DNA of 64,000 nt from Ophelia neglecta (Eukaryota), in NCBI GenBank assembly GCA_965285935.1, contig OZ260667.1, forward strand, positions 26,102,001-26,166,000, written 5' to 3'. Within the stretch, counting starts at the first letter, position 1; the number at the start of each line of letters is the position of its first letter. The notes beneath the pieces were generated by a model. That model saw nothing but the letters and a program-made list of their open reading frames with translations. It was not told where the DNA came from and searched no databases. Below, in pieces: positions 24,301 to 36,000 of the stretch. The position numbers and the translations under genes are program-made.

Positions 24301-25526
24301 CCATGACTAGGGCAAAGTTTGTTCGGCGAACTCTAGCAAATGCCTCGTGCACGTTGTTTACAACGTTCCTGCCAGAGTTTGCTTGGATATTTCTGTACAG
24401 TGTTTGTAATGTGTTGTCATTTGTGTGCCTGAGTATCTGCCAAGCAGTGTCTCGATGGACGACGCCATAAGCGATATTTGTCTGGTGAATGAGATCTTGG
24501 AAATTACGAATTTGTGACGGTCTTCCCCCGAGTGGACGTCTGAGTATGGCCGTGAGGCGAAGATGGTTGATCGGGACCGACAGTGACACGGTTCGCTCGT
24601 GGCGCGAAGTTGCTAGGATCGGCGCCAGCGCCATGTCCGCTTCCTACAATAGATGAAATAGTTTAAAATTTAGCACGTAGTTCCATTTACCCTGTCAATC
24701 TCCGTCATCTGGGTGAAGATAGCTTCGCATCATTTTTCGAACCGAGGAGTCGCCATGAAATAACATGGTGCGTTTAAACATGGTAACACTTACCCCTCGC
24801 GTTAGCTGTCCAATCAGGCCAGTCCATATGCCGCCCTCTAACTCTGTCCCCATTTGACCGTCACCCACCAACGACAACTGGAAAAGTTGATTCATAACTA
24901 ATAAGTCCAAAATCCCTCCGAATATGTATTGGAATAACGCCTTCAAGTTGCTTAAAGAAAGTACCAATACCTTGCTTACTTTATTACAATTGATAATGAA
25001 TTTAGAAAGTTTCTGACTTACCTGATAAGTTATATCCAAATCTCTACAGAACTCACGAAGAAGGTCACTATAAAATCCCGAATATCGCTCATTTCCAATC
25101 AGGCCAGGCATCCAGTTCAATGTAATGTATGGTTCATTCTAAAATAAAGAAATGACAGCGGTGAAAATCAAAAGGCCCTGAACTATGTTGACGATCCGCA
25201 GACAATTAAGCAGACGTAAATACAGCATGGAATTACTAAAAATGTATTTTAAATAAATATAACATTCTAATATTATAGAAAAACAATTATTTGTCTTTAA
25301 AAACAAATGCACATCACAATTCAGTCTTGTAACCTTAATGGCCAATTTGTCGTACTAGTGTATTCCGTGATATTGCCATTGACTTGGAATCACCTTTACA
25401 TTATTTTCATCGTCATTAAAACATAGTTTACATATAATCATACCTGTATCGTAAGCACTTGTAGCTTGGATGATGGCAACGGAGGAAGCGACGAAATAAA
25501 TGTTCCACGATTTCGAGGTCCTCTGC
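21400..25526 (-). CDS. Channel-less tandem iGluR ligand-binding-domain protein: (S1-S2)x2 + mucin-like stalk + GPI-like/hydrophobic C-terminus; 5' partial, at least 852 aa
   Basis: Frame-consistent GT-AG exons: 25526-25444, 25138-25022, 24877-24794, 24643-24091, 23809-23562, 23100-22933, 22704-21400. Domain 1: LQVLTIQNEPY, YSGFYSDLL, WTGLIGQLTRGEADMALAP, YG, FALVME, EPCDL, FWNGTC. Domain 2: MTTILKPPYVM, FEGYIVDLV, WSGMIGDILTRGADVGAAPFT, DFSKPF, FALIVEST, PPCDL, GELQRLFHKWW..DLC. No premature stop and no TM between S1 and S2. Confidence 0.9.
21916..22149 (-). other. Thr/Ser/Pro-rich mucin-like stalk (coding)
   Basis: Translation PTTNIPIPLGTTKTTTTTKSTRAPATTTTVSSTSTVITSSTSISKPSTAISKITTLPLTTPSTTTQSTSTTTVIYTTY. 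Confidence 0.85.
22330..23790 (-). other. iGluR-type ligand-binding domain 2 (S1+S2 fused)
   Basis: The S1 end LIMKSP is joined by ESEDGLE to the S2 start IFFLEDVLNQTS inside exon 23100-22933. The domain ends at KWWNIDLC. Confidence 0.9.
24091..25470 (-). other. iGluR-type ligand-binding domain 1 (S1+S2 fused)
   Basis: The S1 end ILRRP is joined by LGGRPSQ to the S2 start IRNFQDLIHQTNIAYG inside exon 24643-24091. Confidence 0.88.
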
Positions 25527-28029
25527 CTAGAAAAAAATCGTTTTAATATCATTTTGGTATATGCTATGAAACTGGTGTGGGTAAGCGTAAGAAGGATTTT
25601 GAGATAATGCTCAATGAAAGTTTCATTCTAAAGATCCAATACGAATATAATGCTACGTGGCAGTGACTTAATCTTGTGTGTCCATTCACATTCACAAGAA
25701 AATCTTAGTTCAGGGGCAAAGAGCTACATCTAGATTGTCGAACGTTGATAATTGCTTCGGATTTTAGCCCACAAAGAAGTTAAAAAAGTGTAAAACAATA
25801 TTCCTAGCTGGGTGTCAGCGTCTCAGATGAGAATATTAGTGGCTCTAAGTATTATCTCAACCTTTGGTTTACATTTAATATGTGTTGACAGCCGCTTATT
25901 TAAAACGATTTCTATTTTTATAACGTTGAAAACAAAGGTACGTTGGAGAAGAATATTGCAAAAATATACTTAATTGGGGTGGATAGTTAAGAATTATGGC
26001 ATTTTAAAAATAATAGTGCCCTATGCCTACCATCAACATTAGCAACATATGAAATGAAAGAAGGAAAAAATGACACCCTGAAAAGTCATCTTAGGGTAAG
26101 AAGATAAAGGAGACGTAAGTAAGCCATAAACCATACATTTTGATAGGCTCTGACAGATGTAAAAACACTTTACCGAAAATAAATCAGCAATAAGGGTGTT
26201 AACAGTGTTTGACATTTAATTTTTTCATCCTACTAGATGCTCGAATAGCAGCCACTAACTTAATATGTCATAAGCTACTGCATGTGGGTACCTGATCCAA
26301 GATAAATACCTTATTGATATTAATGAACTTCTGACGAACAAGGAATCTCAAGAACAGGAGGATGCCGCCTAGTTGTTATTTAGGCCCTATATCATGTTTT
26401 CGTTACAACAACAAGATAATGACTCTAATAAGATAAATTAATTTGTGGTCTGTTTTTAGAAATATCTACCATATGTAAAGATAGTTTGTAAGCATGTTTG
26501 CTAATAAAGAATTAAATATACAGCTTTTGGCTAGAAAAGTATGGATCATCCTGATAAGTCAACCAGATACTACATTCCGTTTACCGCTTATCAAGCCTTG
26601 CGAGGCTGATCACAGGGTAAGCGTCCATTATGTTTCTTGCTAAAATTTAAATTCATAAGTGACGGGCATGCATTCGCGTGGAGTTTACTTTCAATGTTTG
26701 TTTATTTTTAATTGGTATGTTTTGTTACTAAGAAAAATAGAAATATATTTTCTACTATCATCCGTATTACGGTAAACAATGAATTTCTTCCGTATGTGAA
26801 TGCAGAGAAGTTAAAATAAAAACATATGAATAAAGTTTGTAAAAGTGCCATGGAGTAGTCATTAACATATTCTTTTTTTAAAAGAAAGTTTGAAAAAATG
26901 AAAATCACGAATTAAAAACTAACTTTATACTGCCAATCAGACAGATTTTCGTTCAGGCCGGAAGGGTATTCGATCCGAATTATTAAGCATACTTGCAATT
27001 TTAAACATAGGCAAGTCCAGATTGTAGAAAATGGCAGGAAAGTGGAAATAAACAATATGTTGAACGTGTGCTATGACATACAGCATGGTAAGACCTACAG
27101 AAAGTACATGCCCGTATGTATGCATTTAGATCGAAAACAGTTTTCCTAAACATAGAGAACACCTCAGTTCTAACCAGAAACACAAACACATTAACATTGT
27201 TTCTATTCATCAAATCAGCTGAACATATTACTCTGAGAATGTACTTTTCCGACATATGACTACCAGGTCAATGACAATATAAGTTTAGCTGTCGTGAAAA
27301 GCTAACCTTCATATATATCACAGCACCTTCTCTTTCATAATTCCAGAGCTGTCAAGCAGTATAGACGAATGCAATGTTTTACATTAATTTATCATATGAC
27401 GGTAATTGGTGATCATAATTCTGGTAATGACTATTTAGATACAGATTATAAGGCACTATTTATTGATGTGTGTTCTAAAGTATCAAACACCAACGTGTTT
27501 ATGGTGCCTGCGAATGTAAAAGAGCTTTGATGATTCTCCTCCAGGACAGATCATTTTTATTCAAAATTGTGGATGGAACCTGAGTTGCCCCTCGTGTCTT
27601 TCGCACATCAGCACATAGTATAATGTATTACCATCGTCATGTGTATTTATGAAAATTTGGCAATACACTTTAACCTAATGATAATCTTGCCTTTCCACGC
27701 ATAGGACTATCTGTTCAAATCAGGCTACACGCCTAAAGCCTAAAGCAAGGCAATGTCACTTAATATACAAATAACTGTATCGCTTTTCTTTTCACACTTG
27801 GCTGTTTATATACACATTAGCATGTATCATTGTGATAAAAGTTTACCTAAAATGACATTGGCATTTCACATAATCTTGGAAGAATATCTATTTTATGCCT
27901 GAATTAACACGGATGCCGCTAAAAAAAGAGAACTCCGTATGAACGTCTCAATTCACTAGCGTCTGACAGCAAAACCATTGATTTTGTGGGTTATTCTATA
28001 TTTATTTCCAAGCCCACCCACATTCTTAC

Positions 28030-28131
28030 CTTTTTAGAAGTTAGCACCGTTATTGAGACATTGTGCTTCTGATAAAAACAAAAAGCAATAAATAAGAATG
28101 TAATTGCCATTATGGGACTAAGAGAACTCAT
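28030..28131 (-). CDS. Candidate signal-peptide first exon of the tandem-LBD gene (uncertain)
   Basis: ATG-MSSLSPIMAITFLFIAFCFYQKHNVSITVLTSKK with a strong donor AAG|gtaaga. It is phase 0, so it is compatible with exon 25138 (NEPY) but not with the phase-1 exon 25526. The hydrophobic stretch could simply be a polypyrimidine tract ending in cag. Confidence 0.3.
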
Positions 28132-31100
28132 TTTAGTGCGCCAATAGAAGCTAGAAAGCGCCTAATGGAATCAAAAGTGTTATACATGTACTCGATTAAC
28201 TGGTTGATTTTAATGAGTGACCTTGTTCTGAACCATAACAAATGACAGTTATGGTCCTGCTGGTTCCAAAACTGGGGATTTGAGTATGTTGACGCATAGA
28301 ACAGAACTACAAAGAAGATCTTGGATCGGCCTTCCGGTTATAGACTGAATGCAGTCTCTCATATCTATATTCTAGGTCAATTATATTTGCCACGGGCGCT
28401 TCAATTTGACATATCAAACTAGAGATCGTGGTGTTGACCACCAGGTAAAAAAAGAATATCAAGTTAGATCATGGTACACAAAACGTCTTTTATATCCGAC
28501 AGAATTACGACCTGAAAAAAGAGCCAATAATCCAAGTACCAGCAAATAATTTCCTTTCCCTAAATGTGCTAATTGCGTCTTTTTATCAACGCGTTGCTGA
28601 TAGATATCTAGGTATGAACCTTAAACCACGGGCATTTCCATCCTAAGAGAATGCGAGTTCCATGGCAATTGCCCAGATCAATCCGCTTATATTTGTTATG
28701 GCTGTGATAAGACGTCATACGTCCATATGACTCCATTATCAGGCTGTGTCGCTGTCGACCTCGCTAACCCTTGGAGTGTAACAAGCCACATTGCCTGCAG
28801 AATATCTTTCCGCGAACGATTGGTTGTGTCAGTAAATTCTAAATTGATTTTGCTCCGCAGTCGGAATGTTATTTGGCGGTGGCCTGCTATAGCCCTCACA
28901 GTATAACTTATTAACCCCCTGGTCCCTTCTAACCAAATGGTGCTCCTGGTTCTGGTCACCCCTTCCTTCCACAACTATCAAAACTAATTGGCCCGCTGTA
29001 GTTATACGTGACCATCTGTCTTTATTAAACAATGAGCCAATACTTTCGTTTGAACTCGTGTTATGCAAACCACCAGCTGTAATGGAAAACAAAGAGCACA
29101 TGTCTGAAGAGCAAACCGCGGATATTCTTGTAGTACTGCAGCGTGAAAAGATATTCGGCAAATGGAACTAGTAATAGCAAATATGGGGCAAGGCACAAAA
29201 GTTATTCTCACAATTCCAACCCAAGTTCAATTAGTGCAAAGAAAAATAACTGAAATATAAAATATGCTTTAAATTATAAACTCTGAGTAGTAGCCTACGG
29301 TCGTCCGTCCCATTTTAAACCAATCATATAAACGTTTTCTGAGGTTGACAAAAAACGCCTCCATAGTGACCTCTGGCTATTCATCACAGCGCTTAAGAGA
29401 ATTCTTAAGTTGATGAGTATTATAAACGGTCATAGCGCTTTACGGTACTTTACGGTACTTTGTAAGGATTGTGCCATATTGTTGTTATTATAGAAGAGTA
29501 AGTTTTAAATAATATTTTAAAAGAGGATTGTGTTGTTTTGTTCGTTCTAGCTATTAAAACATTTACTGAAAGTGTATTTTCTTCTTATAATTTACCAGTT
29601 ATAATTCATATTCATAGCGATAACCTTCTATGCTTTGGAGGCATTCCTAGCATTGCCTGCCATGTCCTGGAACACATACTTAGCGTGCTATTTCTAACTG
29701 ATTTATTGTAGATACGCTTAATAGACAAAGACATCCCATACGTTTGACCAGTAGCTCCTTCGGCACGAACATGATTTATTTCTGAAAGGCTTCAGCATGT
29801 TGGTGGGCTTGTATTGACACTAAGAACTGGAAGGCGGAGTAAAGTAAAATAGACAAAACATCTTAGAAACTTAGCATTGACTAATGATCTGCCATATGAC
29901 CCGACGTCCGAAGGCTAAAAGATCTTAAAATGTTTATCATACAAGATCCGTCAGTATATATCAGCCCGGAATGTGGACGGACAAGGAGGCACTTTCTGGA
30001 CTATACATGGAATTAACGTATCAAGCTTTGGGTATCACTGGCATCCGCATAACAAAGATATTTCATTTATAAGATAATGTCGTTTGTATGTCTGAACTAT
30101 GGCAGAAAGCAAGGTAACACAAATAGCACATGAGACCTAACTGGTTTCTTCTGAGGGCAAATAAAATTGTCTGGTTACTGACTGTTTCCAATTGAATTCG
30201 ACATTCAATGTCCATGGATGCTGATTACTTTGTCGTCCTATTTGCCAAACGTTTGAAATTGATGCAATCGCCGTCTTATAACTTCTTTATCCCACGTCTC
30301 AACCCACTCGTTTGTCGAAAAGAAATGTAACTTCACCTTTCTGGGCGAAATAGGAGTGTTTCTTGAAATTTAAATAACGATGTCCTCCAGGTTGCAGATA
30401 TAGAAGGGAATGAGGCTTTTGAGAGTACTGCTAAAGCAGGCCACCACACTGTGAAAACGGCTAGCAAAGCTAGCAATTACTTATTCTTGGCCAGCATGAG
30501 CTTAAACACGCCGAGCAAATATTGGACTGTTAAAGCCTTATTGAATCTCACTACTCAATATGGACATTGTACCTGTAATCATTCGCCATTGGCAGATGCT
30601 ATTGGAATGAATGGTGCGTGGGATGCTATTAATTTACCAACATAAAACTATGGAGGGGTGGCAAGGGTCGTGTTTGGATAGCAGGCAGACAAAAACAGTT
30701 TTTGAGAGCATTGACAATAATAGATATAAAACGTAGCATGGTTCTTAATTTATTATGGACAGCAAACTGCAGCATAGCAGTCAACAAATCAAGCGCAGCT
30801 CCACGCCGATCTTACACGCCGACGATGAGTAAAAAGGATATACCATATTGACACTATATGCGGTAACAATTTTACATGAAATATGTTGTTTAAATGATAT
30901 CTTAGTATGTCTAATAAGACAAGTAATGTTAAGCCTATAATACTAAATTCACCTGCCGACTATGAAAAAAGGACATAGGAGAGAGAACACCGAATATTAG
31001 ATGAACGTTGGAGTATCCCACTTATTGGCTTATTCGATATATATTTTTATTGGATTGCACTATTTCTGTGTCGGTGCAAGCGTGGCAATGCACTCGTGTT

Positions 31101-32539
31101 GCGTAGACTAAACATCTTAAAGAAAGACCAGAACAAGAAGTTTTATTATACCTATCTTCTATATATGCCTGAAAGTAACATATACTGAATTTTAGGTTGA
31201 GTTTCGTAAATAGTAGATTAGTATGAAGAGGTACCCGTTTCTACATTTACAAATTGGTACGATCAGCGTTTGCCTTTCCGCCTTGTCTTTAGGTATACTT
31301 AAGGAAATGTAGAAAAAAACAAATTGAATGACAGTATCCGAGGCTAGCCTATACTCCCAGAAGAAGATACACATAGAACAGCATAATTCAAATCAGTAAA
31401 CTCTGAAAAAAGTCACAGTTGATATAAAAAATATGAACCGTTTTGAAATAGGCGTCTCTTTTCATAACTCTCTTCCGAATACAAAATTCATTCCTTAGGT
31501 CGATCCAGATTCGACACAATGTCATTTTTTCTCGTGTGTTACGTTTTTTAACGATTACTTTTTAACAATTAATTAATGGCTCGTAAGGGTCCGAAAGTAA
31601 TTTGTTGCATTTACATGACATAAAAATGTACATTTACAAGTACAATTCAGCGTATTTGTTACTCAGTTCTTCCTAAAGATAAGGCCGATTGAAATCTTCT
31701 CATTTCTGTTTTTTGCAAGGGGTTTTCAAGATTTAGGAACAAAGTTGCTTACATCGTTTGTCTCCGGAAATACATTGTAAATTGATGAGAAACAGCACGA
31801 GAAATATCAACATGTACCCATGCAGACAGATCTTTGAAACTTCCCAGTACGCATATTCATGTATCTTTCTGGAACATTCGGTTCTAAGGATCCATAGAAT
31901 TAAAGGATGAACAGTGTTCTAGGGGGTTTAGGTTCCCCATCAAGGAGATATAAAGTTTTATGACTGCTGAACCCAGCAGATTACCTTTTTATCACAATTG
32001 ATCTTTAGTCTCTATAGTATTGGGTATTTCGTCCCTAGATCAATTATCGACAATCAGTTGATTAAGCTTTTTATTTGAGCAGGTCCTTGGTGAGCACCGA
32101 AGGAATTCGTTATAATGGGGGCTATGGCTCGGGGGAGCAATTTGCATCTTGTGTTAGCTATAATGGTAATTACCAGCAAAGGAATGTGGTGGAGATATTC
32201 TGAATTACGGCGATTTACTTTGTAAATTGCGTTGGACACAACCGCCCTCAAGGAAGTTATCAATCAGCAGTGTGGACAGGACTAAACCCCGACGAGCAAT
32301 GAGAAAGTCGACGCAGAAGGCCACAATATTGATCAATGTGAAACTATTTCACTGCGAGATACCATGCATGCATGCATGTAAAACTTCTTGATTGAAACAA
32401 ATAAATAAAATAAGTGTGGACACATATGGGTTTTTCTAACATTTACTTGTAAGGCTGTTTCCGATGCCCTAAAAGATAGATCAAGTGTGGCATCTGAGAA
32501 TAATTTACAACGTTCATTTAGTATATGGACTATTCGTGA

Positions 32540-33090
32540 ATACGGAGTTGCTCTGTCTGCTGGGTATTCACTCCCGTTTTCTATGAAAACCAGTCATTTT
32601 GTGCTAATCTGATGTCAGCCATCAATTCATTAAATTACCCATATTAATTGAATTTTTCAGCGAATATACAAGTACAACTTATTAATATCAGAACTACTCG
32701 GATATGTTGTTATATTGCCAGATAACCAACGCAACCTTTATTAACAAGCCACATGTCCGAAGCAAAAAATTGGTCTTGTGTGTATTGAGAAAATTTCAAA
32801 TGTATATATTACAAATATGAGAGAGGTCTAACATAGATTCTTCTTTGGCATATTTCATCCCTGCCCTGAGTTGACTATTGACACGTTTGTATTGTGCTAT
32901 GAGGAAAAGCTGTTGACTGTTTAATTGCACGTTATATCAATTTAACGTTTATTTTCTATCTTAATTTGTATTTGATTTACATGTTTTTTTTACTGTTTGG
33001 GTCTTGATGGTTGACGTATTGATTTCATGTACAATTCCTGTTAAATGATTTTGCTTTATCTGCCGATTATCCACTCCCTCATATTGTCTA
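32540..33090 (-). mobile_element. Degenerate LINE relic, same family as 20050-21050
   Basis: GGCATATTTCATCCCTGCCCTGAGTTGACTATTGA (about 32847) matches GGCATATTTCATCTCTGTCCTGGGTTGACCATTGA (about 20108). TCTGC......CACTCCC motifs at about 32556 and 33059 match 20188. Confidence 0.5.
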
Positions 33091-36000
33091 TGCTTAATTA
33101 CGTGATATTAATTGGAAGTAATTACTATAATTTCCTACTTTCAAAGTCACATGCATGTATCTCATGTAAGACACTGAATTATTACCATCGTATGAATTTC
33201 TAACGATGGTCATGTGAGCCGCAATCCATCATACAGTGCAGACGTTTCAAGGCATTTGCAGTTATAAATAGTAACGAGTGAGACCCGAAAGCATCATTAT
33301 CGGAGCTGTATAATTTTTTTCACAAATCATTCGCTGAATGCAAATTGAGAGAGTGGTCTGCAATGAGAAGGCATTCGTGATCGAAGACAATAGTTACCTT
33401 CCTTAATTGGCTTATATATAGAGTTTATATGGCTGGCTCCTGTGTATTATGACCTTTTTGCTTTAGGTTTAATGCAAACTATTGACAGGTCATTTGTGTG
33501 ACATCTTGAAATACGTATACGGCTGCAATATATCCAAAACTATAACATTTTCTTATAAGAATATTGGAAAAGATATTCGGCAGATGCGACTGAATACGTT
33601 ATCAAAGATAAGTATCTTTTATTTATCAATGAAGGTAAGGATACACCCATTCAGATCCACGACGTGCTTAGGGGACGAGGTAATAGCTTTGCATATATTC
33701 CTTTATATGCAGGATCATCAAATAATACAGCTGATTATATTTGCAACCACCCGACTATCTATTAGTGCTCAAGAGCAATACTTTTCGTGCACTGTTCTTT
33801 CATTTGGAACGTTAATTGAAGAGCGGTGTATACGTAAACGCATTCTTTTCCCACGTACCATTAGCTGTCTTTTTAACCTTAGTCTAACCTGTCTAGTCAA
33901 GGAGTGCATAATTGGTTTAGTTACAGTGCGTAATCACTGAAAATTATAAATGAGTGTGTCAAAAAATCATTACCATCATAAAGTAACCATACAAAGAAAG
34001 GATCAAAAAATCCAAAATGCAACGGTGTCTTTAGGATTTAGCCATGTCGTCAAATGTATTATTTTTGTCCCTAAACTATTCGAAAAGGTGGTGCTGTCTG
34101 AAAACAGTTCATTTGCAAGTTATTTGCACGAGCCTCAACAATATGTATGCCATATTGTGAGCAGTGAGGAACCAACCCTATCTGAGCCTAATAGGTATGA
34201 TGTTTCGAGGAGCATTTCTGGCGGCAACACTGTGATTCACATGAGTCTGTGGGTCATTATATTTTTTAATCGTGTTTACACTAGATTAATATCATTGGTG
34301 TTCTTTTTTAATTGGAGGGAAACAATTGTGTTATGTGCTCATTCATTTACACGTGAAAACGCATTTATACATGAACGTTACAAGTCGTTCTATGAAGACC
34401 CAATGTCTTCTGTCAATTTCTTATTTCCATACCTGCATGTAGCTGTTTTATAGTATATCTTAAATCGCATTGATTTGTGTATCTGGCATCCTCCCTCATT
34501 TTGAAATCATTGTGTATTTTAGTTGTTTAATATTTCGTCCAATTCATTGATTTTGTAAGGTTATATCGGCACGACTTTTATTCAACGCGCCTTTACATTT
34601 TGGATAACTGTTAATCACTTCGCATTGCAAGTAATATCAGTTGACATCTGATTACAAGCGAATTTGTGTTCGAAAACCGACTAAGCGTGATGTGTCGAAT
34701 TGCCAGCCACTTGCTGTTGAACTCAAATATTATACAGCCGGAATAACTGTATATGTGACGGGTGAATAGTGAGTTTGTAAGATCGCCTACGAACAATTTA
34801 TGTTACACTTGTACGCATAGGAAATCTAAAGCAAAGCCAAGTGAAAAACGATTCTAGCTATTCTAACTTAGTGGATTACGTTTTGTTTCGAATTAGAAAA
34901 AACAAACCGCCTGCTGTCAACATATGGAGAAAGGGTTAGTGGTGTAGAAGCTATGTGTTCAGGACACTGTCAGGGTGATAAGGAAAGTGGAGAGAAAGGA
35001 ATGGGGTAAGTGTATAGCCTTGAGTATAACCAGCCGTTTCTGCTGGGGACGGGGACATGAGCGTTTTCTCTGTGAAGTTAGCGGTTGCTGAATATGTCCA
35101 ATTTAATGGAATGTTCTTGCCTAACGACTTCATTTGGTCCGACTGGTATCATCGGAGTTTTTTGCATCCGATCTGGTTGTAAACACATAAGCTGCACCTT
35201 TGATAAAAACCCCGGACAGTCCGCCCGGGGGTTGCGCCAAAACTGTTTAATGTATACTTTTAAATTTCTAACACAACAGGCTGAAAACTTACATCAGGCA
35301 AGGCATGGAAGCGAAACGAGCAGAATACTTACATTGCTCATAACCCTATGATCTGAGTTAACATGACGATTGATTTGGTATTTTTCTTTCCCTGTTGGCA
35401 CACATGCAATTTTTCCATGATCGTGGATTTCCTGTCTTGGTATGCCTAAAGAATATTTGTCTAACAGTTCTACTGAGGGAAGCGATTACACGGGTATAAT
35501 GACAACGTTCCATTTGTAGACTAGCCAATCGCAAGGAGTTAAACCAGACTATCTCAGTAACATCAACCTTTCGGTGAAACACACCGATTCTATACGCACT
35601 TCATAGGATATAATCGCATGTGAAGACTATAAAGCAAAGGCGGTTGGAATAAACTTTTTCATTTCATGCACTTACAAATACAATACCTGTGATAATAAAC
35701 TGAGGCCATTTCAGAAATGAAGTTTTTCCCATTCAATTTAGTTTGCTAAGTTTGGGGCAATAAACCCAATAATTATCCCAAATTAACCTAAATTACATTC
35801 AAACAAGCGGAATATGACGAGAGGGGAAAACTATAGAAACTATGGGTAAATGGCAGACGACACATGAGGGGAAATCTTATAAACATGGGTTATGATTGAA
35901 CACCGGCAGACAATTATATGTCACTTGGTCTATGATGGAGGGAATATAAAACTTACTTGAAAACCACTCAGTAAATGCCAAGCATCTGGCATGCGTTCAA

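Noticed and set aside
21400-25120. Conventional ionotropic glutamate receptor, or two separate receptor genes
   Set aside because: No M1/P-loop/M3 (SYTANLAAF-like) or M4 sequence exists, and the S1-S2 junctions lie inside exons. A phase-compatible intron joins the two domains, and domain 2 has no leader of its own.
33482-34453. Two adjacent plus-strand ORFs of 152 and 167 aa
   Set aside because: No recognisable motifs or exon signals. The composition is typical of random AT-rich ORFs.
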